Origin: Wolbachia endosymbiont strain TRS of Brugia malayi
Lineage (GTDB): Bacteria; Pseudomonadota; Alphaproteobacteria; Rickettsiales; Anaplasmataceae
Reading direction: 5' to 3'
Assembly (NCBI RefSeq): GCF_000008385.1
Contig: NC_006833.1
Span: 420,001 to 452,000 of the forward strand
DNA: 32,000 nucleotides
Part shown: in pieces, positions 31,395-32,000 of the stretch
Position numbering within the stretch: position 1 is the stretch's first letter
Layout of the letters: the number at the start of each line of letters is the position of its first letter
The notes under the pieces: generated by a model
The model's input: the letters and a program-made list of their open reading frames with translations, nothing else
The model's database searches: none
What the model was told of the DNA's origin: nothing
Made by a program: the position numbers and the translations under genes

Positions 31395-31793
31395 TTAAAA
31401 TTTCTAATTAATGGATAAAGGTAGCACATTTAAAGAGCTTAGCAAAGAACACTTTTATTATTACAAAAATGGCCCCCATTTTAAAATACTCTACATATTA
31501 CAAAAAGAAGTTTACATTAGATCTCTTGCATAACAAGCTAGCAGCGATATATAAACCTCAGGAACGAAAAAATTACTTGACAAGCCCCGTCAGTCTCTTT
31601 ATCATGTACAGTAAGGTTGTTTTATATAACTTCCTAACCTGGGTAGGTTAAAACGGCAAGAAAGTTTTGTATTTGATGTACTGTTATTTAAATTTTTACA
31701 CTTGTACACCTTATGTCTTTATAAAACTAGGTTTTTACCTATAAAGCGTTTAAGGCTAAAAAACACCAAATATAGAAAATAGATAGTAATTAG

Positions 31794-31844
31794 GGCTTTT
31801 TTACCTTTTTCCCTATTTTAGTAAGTTTTTTAAATATTTGTAGC
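31794..31844 (-). repeat. AT-rich dispersed repeat, copy B
   Basis: Minus strand AGCTACAAATATTTAAAAAACTTACTAAAATAGGGAAAAAGGTAAAAAAGCCC resembles 23541-23592. Confidence 0.45.
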
Positions 31845-32000
31845 TAAGGATTTATATCAAACCTAAAATATAAGTTTTTAGTTATGAAAAGCAAAGTTTT
31901 TATAAGATTGACCTCACAGAAAGAAAAAGAGGAGGGAAAGTTAGGCTATTTTGAAATAAAATGAAACGCCTGTTTGCAAGGGTTGAGATAGAGGGAACAC

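Noticed and set aside
31469-31651. 60-aa + strand ORF MAPILKYSTYYKKKF...
   Set aside because: Short, AT-rich, no recognisable domain or convincing RBS; could be a remnant but I cannot support it as a gene.

Overview
This window is from a Wolbachia-like (Rickettsiales) chromosome; that assignment is inferred from protein content. From 1 to 14,941 it holds a compact minus-strand ribosomal superoperon: rpsL-rpsG-fusA-tuf-rpsJ-rplC-rplD-rplW-rplB-rpsS-rplV-rpsC-rplP-rpmC-rpsQ-rplN-rplX-rplE-rpsN-rpsH-rplF-rplR-rpsE-rplO-secY-adk (adk is cut by the window edge). The right half carries ygfZ-like (-), groES-groEL (+), a DsbD N-terminal-domain protein (+), a porin-like OMP (-), dut, argB-like and engB (-), prfA (+), and a Bcr/CflA MFS transporter (-). 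The accessory interest is in gene-poor stretches at about 15.1-18.0, 21.9-23.9 and 25.2-26.9 kb. Hand translation shows heavily degraded phage/gene-transfer-agent-like structural genes, all on the minus strand. They include a near full-length large terminase pseudogene (~23.3 to 22.03 kb), a gp6-like head-tail adaptor (~17.30 to 16.84 kb), a DUF3168-like tail terminator (~16.66 to 16.39 kb) and the start of a major-tail-protein-like gene (~16.37 kb), in canonical GTA/phage order. Other points worth a look are a divergent ribosomal protein S10 with a five-proline run encoded by (CCT)5, an orphan ArgB-like kinase whose GGG substrate loop is eroded, a clear groESL promoter and terminator, and small dispersed or palindromic repeats. 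I found no CRISPR array, tRNA, rRNA or intact mobile element, and no convincing wholly new system.
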